Positions 18,084 to 28,937 are shown, counted from the stretch's first letter. The stretch is DNA of 64,000 bases from an uncultured Gammaproteobacteria bacterium (GCA_964465205.1 CAYXJO010000002.1:26350-90349), one strand, 5' to 3'. Program-made: numbers and translations. Notes: generated by a model from the letters alone, not told the origin.

Positions 18084-21000
18084 ATGCCTAATTCTTTGTC
18101 ACAATTCGGCAAGAAAATTTTCCAAACCACCCTCGGAGTAGTTTTGACATTGTCCGCGCTGGTGGGAATTGGGGAGTGGGTTGCGCATGCCGCCACACCG
18201 CCGCTCATGATTACTTATCAAGGAAAAGTTTTGGTGAGTGGTGCGCCCGCAACTACTTCGCTCAACATGTCTTTTGTAATTTATAATTCTGTAAGTGGTG
18301 GTACCGCTCTGTATTCCGCATCCGGCACTTTGTCCACTCCGCTAGAAGTGAATGTCACTCCTTCGAATGGTTTGTTCTCGGTGAATTTGGGTGACACTAC
18401 CGCCGCTCCGATTACTAATGTTTTGGATCCAGATATATTCAAAAATAATACTAATCTATTTTTACAAGTGACCATCAATGGTCAGACGTTGTCACCGCGC
18501 AAACGTATTACTGCTTCACCGTATGCGTTCAATGCTTTGTATGCGGCGACATCTACATATGCCGAAAACGCTGGCACCTCCACTTACGCGAGTACGGCTG
18601 GATCTGCCAATACCGCCAACACATCCAACTATGCGAATAACGCCGGTACTTCGACTTATGCCACTAATGCCGCTTCGGCGTTAACTGCAGTGACCTCAAC
18701 CTATGCGGATCTAGCTGGCAATTCTAATTTGTTTGCCGGCCTCTCGACTTCTTCGTTCCTCATGCCGGGCAATGATGCCAGTATTACGGGGGTGTGGAGT
18801 TTCCTTAGCGATTTGACTATTAGCAGTACGTCTATTGGCCAAGCTAATATTACTAATCTCCGTGTGATTGGCAATAGTTATGGTCTGCAACTGGCGGATA
18901 TTAATGGCAGCAGTACATTAATTTACAATACTGGCACCTATGCCGATCCGGCTTGGCTCACATCTTTGGCGGCTAGCAAAATAGTAGGTACGGTTGGTAG
19001 TGCTTTGATAGCAAATACGTCAACCTATTCGTATAACGCGGGCACGTCCACTTATGCATATTTTGCCGGCACCTCTACTTATGCAAATATCGCCGGTTCC
19101 GCTTTGACCGCTGTTACCGCTACCTATGCACTCAATGCCAGCACCTCGAACTATGCCAATAATTCCGGCAAGCTCGAAGGGTATGGAGCCAATGATTTCT
19201 TGGCCAGCTCTACTATGGCATTGGGTGTTACAGGTTATATGGCGTATTATCCAGCAGATGGTCGTAATATTGCCGCTACCAATACTATATATATATCTGG
19301 TGGTAGAATCGGTTTAGGCACCACTGCTTTGGATGCTTCGCTTGCAAAAGTCACAATTGGTGGTGATATATTTGCTCAGAATACTAGTGGCGCCCAGTTA
19401 CGCTGGAACTCACAAGGTTTGCTGCTGCGTAGCCCGACCGGTACGTTGCCGCGTTTGGATCTGCGTAATGATAATAATGAATTTGATTTCCGCATTCAAT
19501 TAGCTGGCACCAAAGGATTAGAGTTATTCTCTGGTCCGAGCTCGACTAATCAGGTGAGTAGATTGAAGATTGATGATAATGGTTTGGTTGGCATTAATAA
19601 CTCTTCGCCGAATTATACTTTGGATGTTGATGGTGATATTAATCTCACCGGAGCTTTGCGTGTTAATAATATTGATTACAGTTCTTACTTTATTGATGGT
19701 GTGGGTAGTAATGGGCAAGTATGGACTTCAGACGGTAGTGGTCGAGGATATTGGTATACTTTGCCTAGTGCTAGCCAGGCCTCTGGCGTGGGTACTTCTA
19801 CCGCGAATTTGTTTGCTGTGTACAACGGTGCTAGCACAGTGACCGGAACCAATGAGTTATATTTGGATGGGAGTTATATCGGAGTGGGTACTACGACGCC
19901 GCATTATAAATTGGATGTGTCTGGTGATCTTAACATTTCCGGTGCGGTTCGAATTGGTGGTGCTGATTACAGCCAATACTTCATTAATGCCACCGGCACT
20001 CTTGGGCAGTTCTGGTCATCGAATGGTACTGGCAATAGTCGTGGTTCGTGGGTTAATTCTCCGGTGAATTCCGGCTTGATCGGGCAGATCGCCTATTATG
20101 CCGCTGGTGGCGGAACAGTTAGCGGTACTAGTACTATATATGTATATAATGGCAAAATTGGTATTGGTGGGAATACCAATCCTAACTATGCCTTGGATGT
20201 ATCCGGCGCTATTAATAGTACCGGTGGTTATTTGATCAATGGCGTGAATTACAGCCAATACTTTATTGATTCGGCCGGCAGTGCCGGGCAAGTTTGGGTG
20301 TCTAGTGGTACTGGTCGCGGTTATTGGTATACCTTACCTTCTGGTAGTGGTTATGGAGTTGGTACTAGTACTGTTGGGTATATGGCAGTGTATAGTAGTG
20401 ACAATGTTGTCACGGGCACTGGTGCGATGATGGTGAGCGGTACAGCGATTTTGATTAGCACCAGTGGTATTTATAGTGCCAGTGGCAATCCGGCGGCTCT
20501 TACTATTGGTGGTGCTTTGTATGCGGACACGTTGTATGCCAGTGGCAATGGTATCTTTATGGACAATAACAAAATTATTGGTATTGATTCCGGTATATTA
20601 AATGTGTATGGAGCAAACAATCAATCGATGCAATTACAAACTTATGGATCCGGTAATTTGAGTTTGGTGAGTAATAGCACTGGGCAGATGTTGCTACAAA
20701 CCGGTAGTGGATTGATGCGATTATTTAGCAATACCGGCGGTATATCGGTGAGCACCACGAATTCCGCGATCACAGTGGCAGTGGGCGGAAACAACGCGCT
20801 TACATTGCGTGCGTTACAAGGAAGTATTACTATTAGTGCTCCGACTATTACAGTGTCCGGTACTATTTCGGGAGCAGCAACCTGGCATGGTAATACCATT
20901 GCCGTGGGTTATGGCGGAACGGGCGCGACTACATTTGCGAGCAATGGTTTGTTGGTGGGGCATGGCACTAGTGCAGTTGGTACTATTACAGTGCCAACCA

Positions 21001-24000
21001 CCACGTCGTTCTTGTATTGGAATGGCGCTAGCTATGATTGGACGCCGATTGAACAATTGAGTACCCTCACTGGTTCAGTAAATTCTTCGACTCAGGGATA
21101 TGTCGCATATTATGATTCCAGCGGCAATAATTTATCTGGCACGTCTACTGTATTTATCCAAAACGGTAGAGTTGGAATTGGTACTGTTTCGCCTACCGGC
21201 ACATTAGAAGTCTCGGCCAATAGTTTGAATACTGTTGGACATTTGGTAGTAAATAGAGGTAATAATGGTGGTCTTGGTGGACAACTCACCTTACGTAATA
21301 ATAGTGCTGGTGGTAGTGGAACGTCGGCGGCATTGGCATTTGAATTAGACGGCACTACAGCGTTTGGTAGTGATGGCAGTGATCAGGCTAATGCGCAAAT
21401 CCGTGCTCAAGTGACTGGTGCTTCGGATAAATCTACCGCCATAATATTTGATACTTGGAATGGCAGCACTAGCGCTGAGCGAATGCGTATTAATGCGAAT
21501 GGCAATGTGGGTATTGGCACTACGGGTGGTGTCTATGCGCTCACTGTGAATGGGGATCTTAATTTGACTACTTCTACGGCCGGAGCCAGTAGTACTTTGC
21601 GTATTAATGGTGTTGATGTTGGTCAATATTTTATCAATGGTGCTGGTGTAAGTGGACAGGTGTGGGCATCGCTTGGGTCTGGTCGTGGTTATTGGGCCGA
21701 TATCTCCAGTTTACCGATTGCCGGTGCGGTGGGTACTTCTACTGCCGGCAATATTGCCTGGTATGATACCACCGGCGCCAATGTGACCGGTACGGCGAAT
21801 ATATTTATCGACCCAGCGACTGGATATTTTGGTGTGAATAATACGGCACCGGCGACACGCATGCAGATCAAGGGTGCGGATAACAAAGATAGCGGTCCGA
21901 TATTAAGTTTGGTTGGCAATGCACCCAATCAATTTGAGGGTGGACGCATTAGGTTCCTAGAAGATCAATCGCAAGGATATTTGGGTGCATATATCCAATA
22001 CAATGCCAGCGGAGATGTTTTGAACATTGGCGTGCATGCCGCGGCCGACTCGGCCACATCTTCTGATACCAATGCAATTAGCGTATTGCGATCCAATGGT
22101 TATGTAGGTATTGGCAATTCTAATCCAACTTATAAATTTGATGTGAGCGGAGATGTGAATATTGGTGGCGCGGGTGTATTGCGTCTGGGTGGTACGAATT
22201 ATAGTCAGTATTTTATTTCATCTGCCGGTGTGTACGGGCAAGTGTGGACATCAGATGGGTCAGGTGCTGGCTGGTGGTCGGATCCAAGTATCATTGAAAG
22301 CGATCCGATATTTATGGCGGCCTCGTCTAGCTTCTCTCGTACTACCCACAACCATGCCGGTGTATATGAACCCGCCTTCTCGGTGCTTACTATCGGCAAA
22401 GGTGGTACCGGCACATCTACCATATCATCCAATGTGGGTTCACTATTATATAGCAATGGCACGAGTTATCAATTTACTAATGCCGCTACCGCTAACTATG
22501 TACTCATGTCTCAAGGTGGTGTACCGACGTGGGTGACGACTTCGACGCTTGGGATTGTGGTTGGCGCTGGATCGGGTACGATAAATTCCGGTACCGCCGG
22601 TCAAGTGGCGTATTATGCTACCAACGGCACGGCAGTGAGTGGTACATCCAGTTTATTTATTGCTACGAATGGTTACGTTGGAGTGGGGACGAGCACTCCG
22701 CCATCAACCCTTACTGTGAGTGGAACATTGAATGTGTTGGTAGGAGGCGCTACATATACCATGTCTAATTCTAGCAATATAGCAGGGTGGTTTAATGTAA
22801 TGAACAGCACATTAAATGATTATGCTACTGTTTCCATGTTCCATCATCAGGTAAATAGTACACCTGCGAATGGCTTTGGCACAAAAATTGGTTTAGCTGG
22901 TACAGGTTATGATGGTGTGCAAGATTATACTATGGGGCAAATTGGTGCTGTCTGGCAGAGTGCCTCTAATTATTATGGGCAACTACAATTTTTTACTAGA
23001 AATGGAGTTGACTTTACTGGCACCAATAGCCATATACCAAAAATGGTCATCAGTGGGTACAGTGGCAATGTGGGTATTGGTACCACAACTCCAGATTATA
23101 AGTTGACTACGGCGGTTAGCGCCGATTATGATGGTATTGTTTTGAAGGATACTGTGAATAAATTACTTTTTGCCGTAGTCAAGGAGGGCAACGCTGGTTA
23201 CTTTAATTTATATGATAATGGTGTAAAGAAGATCATGTTGCATCCTGCGGCTAACAGCTATTACAATGGCAGTGGTAATTTTGGTATTGGTACCACTACT
23301 CCTGGCGCTTTGTTAGATATTGGCGGTGGTGTTGTAAATACTAGTATTAGTAATGCCCGGTTATTAATTACAGCTAATGCCGATGAAGCCAGTGGTGTGC
23401 AAATGTACAATTCTTCTGCTGGCACTGCTGCTGATTTCCGATTTAGTGTTATAAATAACAATCAAAATGAATATTTAGCTTTTGCTACTCCAGGCGATGG
23501 CAATACTGCGTCACTATTTGGATTGACCAGAAGTACTGCCAACTATATATTCAACAATGCGTTTGGCGCGGGGGTGTCCAGGCACTTAGCTATCGGTACA
23601 GTGAGAAATGGTGATCTCGTTTTTGCGGCCAGTAGCACAGAGAGAATGAGGATAGCTAATACCGGCTATATCGGTATCGGGACTACCACACCCAATTCTT
23701 TACTTAGTTTGTACGGAGGCGCGAATGATACACGTATAAAAATGAATTTTGTTCCGACAGGTAATATGTATAATGGGTTGGAGTTACAAAAGAACGGCAT
23801 ATTTAAAGGCGGAATATTCTATTCTAATACTAGAGACGTTCTGGAATTGTGGGGTAGTCAGGCTAGAATGTTATCAGTCAGTTCAACAAATATTTCGTTA
23901 CTAGGGTCTGGAGTGGAAAGATTAACAGTAAATAGCAGTGGCAATGTTGGTGTTGGTACAACTACACCTACTTATCAATTGGATGTAATAGCTTCTTCTA

Positions 24001-27000
24001 CTGCGAATCCGTTACGTATTGGGTCAACCGTAACTAGCAGTATTTTGGTAGTAAATAGCAGTGGCCATGTTGGTATTGGTACTTCTTCCCCACGGTATCA
24101 ATTACACATTGTTAATTCTGCGCCGCGCGAACAGGCGGTTTATTATCAAAATCTTCATAATAGTTACAGAAGCATGATTGTGGCAGATGCGTCCACCGAT
24201 GGATTGGGGGCCAATGGGTCTAGAATAGATTTTCGTGCTCACCCCACCGGATATAGTGAGACGTTATTTGGCACAACTATGGCAGGCAAATCTGCACTCA
24301 TATCCATATCCACTAATGGACTTATTGTTGGGGAATATAATGATCAGCCGGTTATTTTTGGCACTAACAATAAAGAGAGAATGAGGATTGCTAATACCGG
24401 CAATGTCGGTATTAGTACCACCTCCCCCAACTATCCTCTCACCGTAAACGGCGATATTAACATCACCAGCTCTACCGGTGGCATTCCAGCTTTACGTATC
24501 AACGGCACTGATATGAGTCAGTACTTCATTACCTCTGCTGGCACTGCTGGACAGATATGGCAATCTGACGGCACTGGTGCGGGAGAGTGGGTGAATACTT
24601 CTACACTAGGTATTGTCGGCGGCGGTATTACTTCCGAGTCTGATCCGATCTTCATGGCCGCCTCTTCTAGCTTTGCTTCTTCTACTCACAACCACGATGG
24701 TACCTACGAACCTGCCTTCTCTATTCTTACTATCATCAAAGGTGGTACCGGCACCTCTACTATCTCATCCAATGTTGGTTCGTTACTATATAGTGATGGT
24801 AGTGCCTACCAATTCACCAATGCCTCTACCGATAACTACGTACTCATGTCTCAAGGTGGTGTACCGACGTGGGTGACGACTTCGACGCTGGGTTTGGTGG
24901 CTGGGATTGGTTCGGGCACAGTTAATATTGGCACTGCTGGCCAGATCGCCTACTATGCCACCGATGGTGCTGCTGTGAGTGGCACATCTAGTTTGTTTGT
25001 AGCTGCGAATGGGTATGTGGGTATCGGTACTACTACACCTCGTTATTCTGTTGACGCGGGCACTGGTACTATCAGTGCTCTACGATTCCGTGTAGATAGT
25101 AAAGCTATGGCCTATTGGGATACGGCTGCTCCTAATTTACCGTCTGCTTATCCCAGTGGCACTTTAGTACTTGGGTTTGCCGGTACTGTTGGCAGTGCAG
25201 CATTTCCGAGCAGGTTAAATGCATATTCTACTTCCTATTTAGAAACGTATTACAATTCCGGCAATCCATATTTTGCGTTTATTGGTGGTAATGTGGGTGT
25301 AGGTACTACTTCTCCGTCCGCATCTCTATCTGTTATTGCTGCCACATCCACCGGTAGTATTTTCCAAGTCGGCACCACTACAGCGCAAAATATTTTAACA
25401 GTATTGGCGAATGGCCATGTTGGTATAGGTAGCTCTACCCCGAACTCTCCTTTGGTTTTGCAATATTCCAAATCAGGTTTTGGGCTCACCATTGCCAATT
25501 CGTTAGCGACAAATTATTCTTTGATGAGATTTTTGGGGACTGGGCGTTCTTACACTATTGGCGTTGGTAACGCCAGTGAGACTAGTTATGGTCTGGCCAA
25601 TAAGTGGTTTGTGTTTGATGCTACAAGTAATACAGCGCGCATGGTGGTTGATTCTGTTGGCAATATTGGTATTGGCACTACCACCCCAGATGCATCTTTG
25701 TCTATTTACACCACAACGGGTGCTGCTGGGATCATTTTGTCAGACTTTAATTCAAGTGAAGGTGGTGCATTAAGTATATATGATGGTGCCACTAGCGGAT
25801 TTTTGCCTACCATTAAAGGGCAATCAAATGGGGTTGGTGGGTATGGTGTGGCACTCTATGGCGTTATTCCACCAGCAAATGATGTAGTGAATGTCGGTGG
25901 TGGTGGAGTATTAATTAGAGCCCTTAGATCAGATAATACTGTTCTACAAAATGCCAATGTACTTAGTGTCAATAACTACACCACCAATTTGATGACTGTA
26001 ATGGCGAATGGTTATGTTGGTATTGGTACTACCACACCCGGATCCTTGTTGGATATTTATGGTAATAGTACCAATGCAGTTATGCGTATTTTGAGTGGAA
26101 ATACAAGCAATTATTCTTATATCACGATGGGTAGGGCTTCAGTCGAAATGTCTATGGGTGTAGCGGCTGCCGCGGATAATGGATTAGTGGGTACTGTAGC
26201 TGGTGATGTTTGGTTGAAGAATGTAAATACTGCCAATAAATTGTCTATAGGTATTGGGTCTGGCGCGCCTGCAATTACAGTGGCCAGTAGTAGCTATATA
26301 GGTATTGGCACTACCACTCCCAATTATCGCTTCACAATTGCGGGTACGTTTACCGGCAACGATCGTACAGCTATTAATTTAGCAAATTACAGTACCAATA
26401 GCGACGCTGCCATATCTATTAGATTCCAGTCCGGCACTTCTACTGGTTTTATAGGAGCGTATGATGCAGCTTATGCTTCTTTGCCGGGTTTAGGGAATAC
26501 TTTTGGTGTCAATGCTGTGGGTAACGCTACTACTTCATTATTCTTGATGTCTGGTAGCGCTTCTGGTGTGATGCGTTTTTATACTGGTGGTAATAACGAA
26601 AGAATGCGAATTGATTCTGCTGGCAATGTCGGTATTGGCACCACTACGCCAGCTTATAAATTCCAAGTGTATATTGACGCTAGTAACGAAGGTCATGTTA
26701 GCGCTACTGGTGATTGGGCGCGTACGTCCGATTCGCGGCTCAAGAAAAATGTTAATACGCTTACAAGTGCCTTGCAGATTATTGGCGCGTTACGTCCGAT
26801 ATCTTATGATCCGATTACCGGATCAAATACCGCGTCCGGTACCAGTTTGGGCTTCCTGGCTCAAGAAGTGGAGCCGCTTGTGCCGCAAGCCGTAGACACT
26901 AATTCAATAACAGGATACAAGTCAGTAGCTTATGGTCAGTTTATTCCGATCTTAACTGCCGCCATCAAAGAACAGCAAGCACAAATTGATGCGCTTACCA

Positions 27001-27215
27001 TTGGCTTGGCGAATAAGTCCACTTCGACATTGTCTGAGTTGACTCTCAACAGTAGTATCACCGGATTTACCAATAAAATTGATTTCAAAAATCATGTGAG
27101 TTTTGATGCAGATACGGTTGGTCGTGCCAGCATTTTGTCTGGCGCCACTAGCACCCGAGTGATATTTACCAAACCGTATGATGAGTTGCCAGTGATTACC
27201 GTTACGGCTATATGA
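18084..27215 (+). CDS. Giant (3043 aa) exported tail-fibre-like repetitive surface protein with a peptidase S74 intramolecular chaperone domain
   Basis: Signal peptide; many GxVGIGTTTP repeats; SDSRLKKNV...GFLAQEV motif near 26727-26990; probably continues past an in-frame TGA into 27713. Confidence 0.85.
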   Translation: MPNSLSQFGKKIFQTTLGVVLTLSALVGIGEWVAHAATPPLMITYQGKVLVSGAPATTSLNMSFVIYNSVSGGTALYSASGTLSTPLEVNVTPSNGLFSVNLGDTTAAPITNVLDPDIFKNNTNLFLQVTINGQTLSPRKRITASPYAFNALYAATSTYAENAGTSTYASTAGSANTANTSNYANNAGTSTYATNAASALTAVTSTYADLAGNSNLFAGLSTSSFLMPGNDASITGVWSFLSDLTISSTSIGQANITNLRVIGNSYGLQLADINGSSTLIYNTGTYADPAWLTSLAASKIVGTVGSALIANTSTYSYNAGTSTYAYFAGTSTYANIAGSALTAVTATYALNASTSNYANNSGKLEGYGANDFLASSTMALGVTGYMAYYPADGRNIAATNTIYISGGRIGLGTTALDASLAKVTIGGDIFAQNTSGAQLRWNSQGLLLRSPTGTLPRLDLRNDNNEFDFRIQLAGTKGLELFSGPSSTNQVSRLKIDDNGLVGINNSSPNYTLDVDGDINLTGALRVNNIDYSSYFIDGVGSNGQVWTSDGSGRGYWYTLPSASQASGVGTSTANLFAVYNGASTVTGTNELYLDGSYIGVGTTTPHYKLDVSGDLNISGAVRIGGADYSQYFINATGTLGQFWSSNGTGNSRGSWVNSPVNSGLIGQIAYYAAGGGTVSGTSTIYVYNGKIGIGGNTNPNYALDVSGAINSTGGYLINGVNYSQYFIDSAGSAGQVWVSSGTGRGYWYTLPSGSGYGVGTSTVGYMAVYSSDNVVTGTGAMMVSGTAILISTSGIYSASGNPAALTIGGALYADTLYASGNGIFMDNNKIIGIDSGILNVYGANNQSMQLQTYGSGNLSLVSNSTGQMLLQTGSGLMRLFSNTGGISVSTTNSAITVAVGGNNALTLRALQGSITISAPTITVSGTISGAATWHGNTIAVGYGGTGATTFASNGLLVGHGTSAVGTITVPTTTSFLYWNGASYDWTPIEQLSTLTGSVNSSTQGYVAYYDSSGNNLSGTSTVFIQNGRVGIGTVSPTGTLEVSANSLNTVGHLVVNRGNNGGLGGQLTLRNNSAGGSGTSAALAFELDGTTAFGSDGSDQANAQIRAQVTGASDKSTAIIFDTWNGSTSAERMRINANGNVGIGTTGGVYALTVNGDLNLTTSTAGASSTLRINGVDVGQYFINGAGVSGQVWASLGSGRGYWADISSLPIAGAVGTSTAGNIAWYDTTGANVTGTANIFIDPATGYFGVNNTAPATRMQIKGADNKDSGPILSLVGNAPNQFEGGRIRFLEDQSQGYLGAYIQYNASGDVLNIGVHAAADSATSSDTNAISVLRSNGYVGIGNSNPTYKFDVSGDVNIGGAGVLRLGGTNYSQYFISSAGVYGQVWTSDGSGAGWWSDPSIIESDPIFMAASSSFSRTTHNHAGVYEPAFSVLTIGKGGTGTSTISSNVGSLLYSNGTSYQFTNAATANYVLMSQGGVPTWVTTSTLGIVVGAGSGTINSGTAGQVAYYATNGTAVSGTSSLFIATNGYVGVGTSTPPSTLTVSGTLNVLVGGATYTMSNSSNIAGWFNVMNSTLNDYATVSMFHHQVNSTPANGFGTKIGLAGTGYDGVQDYTMGQIGAVWQSASNYYGQLQFFTRNGVDFTGTNSHIPKMVISGYSGNVGIGTTTPDYKLTTAVSADYDGIVLKDTVNKLLFAVVKEGNAGYFNLYDNGVKKIMLHPAANSYYNGSGNFGIGTTTPGALLDIGGGVVNTSISNARLLITANADEASGVQMYNSSAGTAADFRFSVINNNQNEYLAFATPGDGNTASLFGLTRSTANYIFNNAFGAGVSRHLAIGTVRNGDLVFAASSTERMRIANTGYIGIGTTTPNSLLSLYGGANDTRIKMNFVPTGNMYNGLELQKNGIFKGGIFYSNTRDVLELWGSQARMLSVSSTNISLLGSGVERLTVNSSGNVGVGTTTPTYQLDVIASSTANPLRIGSTVTSSILVVNSSGHVGIGTSSPRYQLHIVNSAPREQAVYYQNLHNSYRSMIVADASTDGLGANGSRIDFRAHPTGYSETLFGTTMAGKSALISISTNGLIVGEYNDQPVIFGTNNKERMRIANTGNVGISTTSPNYPLTVNGDINITSSTGGIPALRINGTDMSQYFITSAGTAGQIWQSDGTGAGEWVNTSTLGIVGGGITSESDPIFMAASSSFASSTHNHDGTYEPAFSILTIIKGGTGTSTISSNVGSLLYSDGSAYQFTNASTDNYVLMSQGGVPTWVTTSTLGLVAGIGSGTVNIGTAGQIAYYATDGAAVSGTSSLFVAANGYVGIGTTTPRYSVDAGTGTISALRFRVDSKAMAYWDTAAPNLPSAYPSGTLVLGFAGTVGSAAFPSRLNAYSTSYLETYYNSGNPYFAFIGGNVGVGTTSPSASLSVIAATSTGSIFQVGTTTAQNILTVLANGHVGIGSSTPNSPLVLQYSKSGFGLTIANSLATNYSLMRFLGTGRSYTIGVGNASETSYGLANKWFVFDATSNTARMVVDSVGNIGIGTTTPDASLSIYTTTGAAGIILSDFNSSEGGALSIYDGATSGFLPTIKGQSNGVGGYGVALYGVIPPANDVVNVGGGGVLIRALRSDNTVLQNANVLSVNNYTTNLMTVMANGYVGIGTTTPGSLLDIYGNSTNAVMRILSGNTSNYSYITMGRASVEMSMGVAAAADNGLVGTVAGDVWLKNVNTANKLSIGIGSGAPAITVASSSYIGIGTTTPNYRFTIAGTFTGNDRTAINLANYSTNSDAAISIRFQSGTSTGFIGAYDAAYASLPGLGNTFGVNAVGNATTSLFLMSGSASGVMRFYTGGNNERMRIDSAGNVGIGTTTPAYKFQVYIDASNEGHVSATGDWARTSDSRLKKNVNTLTSALQIIGALRPISYDPITGSNTASGTSLGFLAQEVEPLVPQAVDTNSITGYKSVAYGQFIPILTAAIKEQQAQIDALTIGLANKSTSTLSELTLNSSITGFTNKIDFKNHVSFDADTVGRASILSGATSTRVIFTKPYDELPVITVTAI
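22296..25030 (+). repeat. Intragenic direct repeat of about 400 bp (22296-22690 vs 24636-25030, offset 2340)
   Basis: ESDPIFMAASSSF...YVLMSQGGVPTWVTTSTLG duplicated; identical DNA run at 22501 and 24841. Confidence 0.9.
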
Positions 27216-27224
27216 TTAAATGAT

Positions 27225-27713
27225 ATGTACTATGGTGTAGATGATGCGAATGCGGACGGATTCTCGGTTGTGATGAGTAAGCCAATTGAGCGCAATGTAT
27301 CGTTTAACTGGCATGCGTTCGGGTCCAACGATCCAAAATCGCACAATAGCGATGGTACGATTACTAGTATTAGTATGTTGCCAGATGGCACCATGGCTAT
27401 AACTAGTTCCACCGTCGATGATACTAGTGGCGACACGCCAGTGGATAATAGTTCTAGTGCAACATCGGACACAGATACAACTTCTTATATCGATAGTGGT
27501 GCTACTTCATCCACCGAAAGCATGCCTCCAGTAGACACACCATCAAGTACCGAACCCACTCCGGCGGTTGATGTGCCGGCTCCACCAGCAGATGTGCCTA
27601 CACCACCAGCGGATACTTCCACGCCTCCTGCAGACACATCTGCTCCACCGGCCGATACTCCTCCCGCCGACACATCGCCAGTGGATACCTCACCCCCTAG
27701 CGAAACTCCATAA
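27225..27713 (+). CDS. C-terminal part of the giant surface protein, with Pro/Asp/Thr-rich tail
   Basis: In frame with the upstream ORF, separated only by TGA-TTA-AAT-GAT; GFSV...FNWHAFG completes the domain begun by PVITVT; PPADT repeats. Confidence 0.7.
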   Translation: MYYGVDDANADGFSVVMSKPIERNVSFNWHAFGSNDPKSHNSDGTITSISMLPDGTMAITSSTVDDTSGDTPVDNSSSATSDTDTTSYIDSGATSSTESMPPVDTPSSTEPTPAVDVPAPPADVPTPPADTSTPPADTSAPPADTPPADTSPVDTSPPSETP

Positions 27714-27721
27714 TTAAAAAT

Positions 27722-28183
27722 ATGAACAAAAAATTCATTCTAGTATTACCAGATATACGCAGTGCTCACAATGTGGGAGCAATGTTTCGCACTGCCGACG
27801 GTGCTGGTGTGAATAAGATATATTTATGCGGATATACAGCTCAACCACCTCATCCGCAGTTGGACAAAGTTTCGCTAGGGGCGGAGACTTGGATGCCGTG
27901 GGAATATGTGCGCCAGGCCGGCAGATTATTGAAACGACTACATGCCGAAGGGTACCACATCGCGGCGTTGGAACAAACAAAAAATAGTGTTAATATAAGT
28001 AAATGGACACCAAAATTGCCGCTGGTACTAGTAGTAGGCAATGAAAAAACCGGCGTTACTAAAAGTTTATTGAAGTATTGCGATACGGCGGTCGAACTCC
28101 CCATGCACGGCCGAAAAAATAGTTTAAACGTGAGTGTCGCCGCCGGCATTGCAATGTATCACATTTCTAATTTTAAAAAGTAA
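27722..28183 (+). CDS. TrmH/SpoU family RNA 2'-O-methyltransferase
   Basis: NVGAMFRTAD, VGNEKTG, SLNVSVAAG SPOUT motifs. Confidence 0.93.
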   Translation: MNKKFILVLPDIRSAHNVGAMFRTADGAGVNKIYLCGYTAQPPHPQLDKVSLGAETWMPWEYVRQAGRLLKRLHAEGYHIAALEQTKNSVNISKWTPKLPLVLVVGNEKTGVTKSLLKYCDTAVELPMHGRKNSLNVSVAAGIAMYHISNFKK

Positions 28184-28208
28184 TTTTTATTCTTTTCAAT
28201 CTAAAAAT

Positions 28209-28937
28209 ATGAAATCAACAGTTGCCATTTTTAGACATTTGTATAATCGATTGCCACCGCTTTTTCCCGCTGAGACGGCGAATAAGATGAAGCATGCACT
28301 CGAGCATTTGGAGTCTGACCCCTCGATTACTTTGCATGAAGTGGAAAAAACCATGATTATTTTTGGCTATGAAATTTGGCCGTGGAATCAGGCATATCGA
28401 GAATTCTTGAGTTTGGCCGAAGGTAAAGTGGGCGAGCATTTTCTATTACCAAAATTATCGAAAAAGTTACAAGCCAAATATCAAGAATTCAAATTGAGCG
28501 GCGGGTCTTTACGTGATTTACACAGTGGCCGACCGGCGGATTATTTTGGCATTGATGAGCGCAACGAACTGTGTGTGGCACTAGTAAATACCCAGAAAGA
28601 ACTGCGTGATTTTGTAACCAGAGAAGTGGTGGGTCTAGATAAAAGTAAGTATTTACAGCGAGTAGATACATTTAGGAATGTGCTCGGTGCTATTAAAAAA
28701 CAACTGAACGAGATGCGAATATTGGCCGATCGGGAACAGGATCACCCGATCTTGGCCAATGAGATTCGTGAGCGAGTGAAAATGTTTGAGCAAGGTCTAT
28801 GTCTGCTTGCGCCAGAATTGGATTACGAAGCCGTATGTCAATCGGTTGATCATTTTACTGGACGCAAGTTGGACCTCAATTGGATGAGGGGCACACATTT
28901 GCCAGCAGATGTAGATTTTTTTGGTGATAAAATTTAA
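28209..28937 (+). CDS. Hypothetical protein
   Basis: Long ORF in an operon context; start set at MKSTVAIF. Confidence 0.7.
   Translation: MKSTVAIFRHLYNRLPPLFPAETANKMKHALEHLESDPSITLHEVEKTMIIFGYEIWPWNQAYREFLSLAEGKVGEHFLLPKLSKKLQAKYQEFKLSGGSLRDLHSGRPADYFGIDERNELCVALVNTQKELRDFVTREVVGLDKSKYLQRVDTFRNVLGAIKKQLNEMRILADREQDHPILANEIRERVKMFEQGLCLLAPELDYEAVCQSVDHFTGRKLDLNWMRGTHLPADVDFFGDKI

Noticed and set aside
22296-25030. Diversity-generating retroelement TR/VR pair
   Set aside because: Differences between copies are mostly synonymous and not adenine-specific, both copies are in frame, and no reverse transcriptase is in the window.
27213-27215. Genome-wide UGA-to-Gly recoding (code 25) or selenocysteine
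   Set aside because: TGA ends several genes normally (29473, 33668, 44823, 50024), long ORFs lack internal TGA, and no SECIS-like hairpin is evident.
27560-27710. Short tandem repeats as a possible CRISPR array
   Set aside because: They are degenerate codon-level repeats encoding PPADT, with no constant repeat/spacer structure or cas genes.
18084-27713. Prophage, suggested by the tail-fibre/S74 domain and XRE gene
   Set aside because: No capsid, terminase, integrase or lysis genes; the protein has a signal peptide and is flanked by housekeeping genes.
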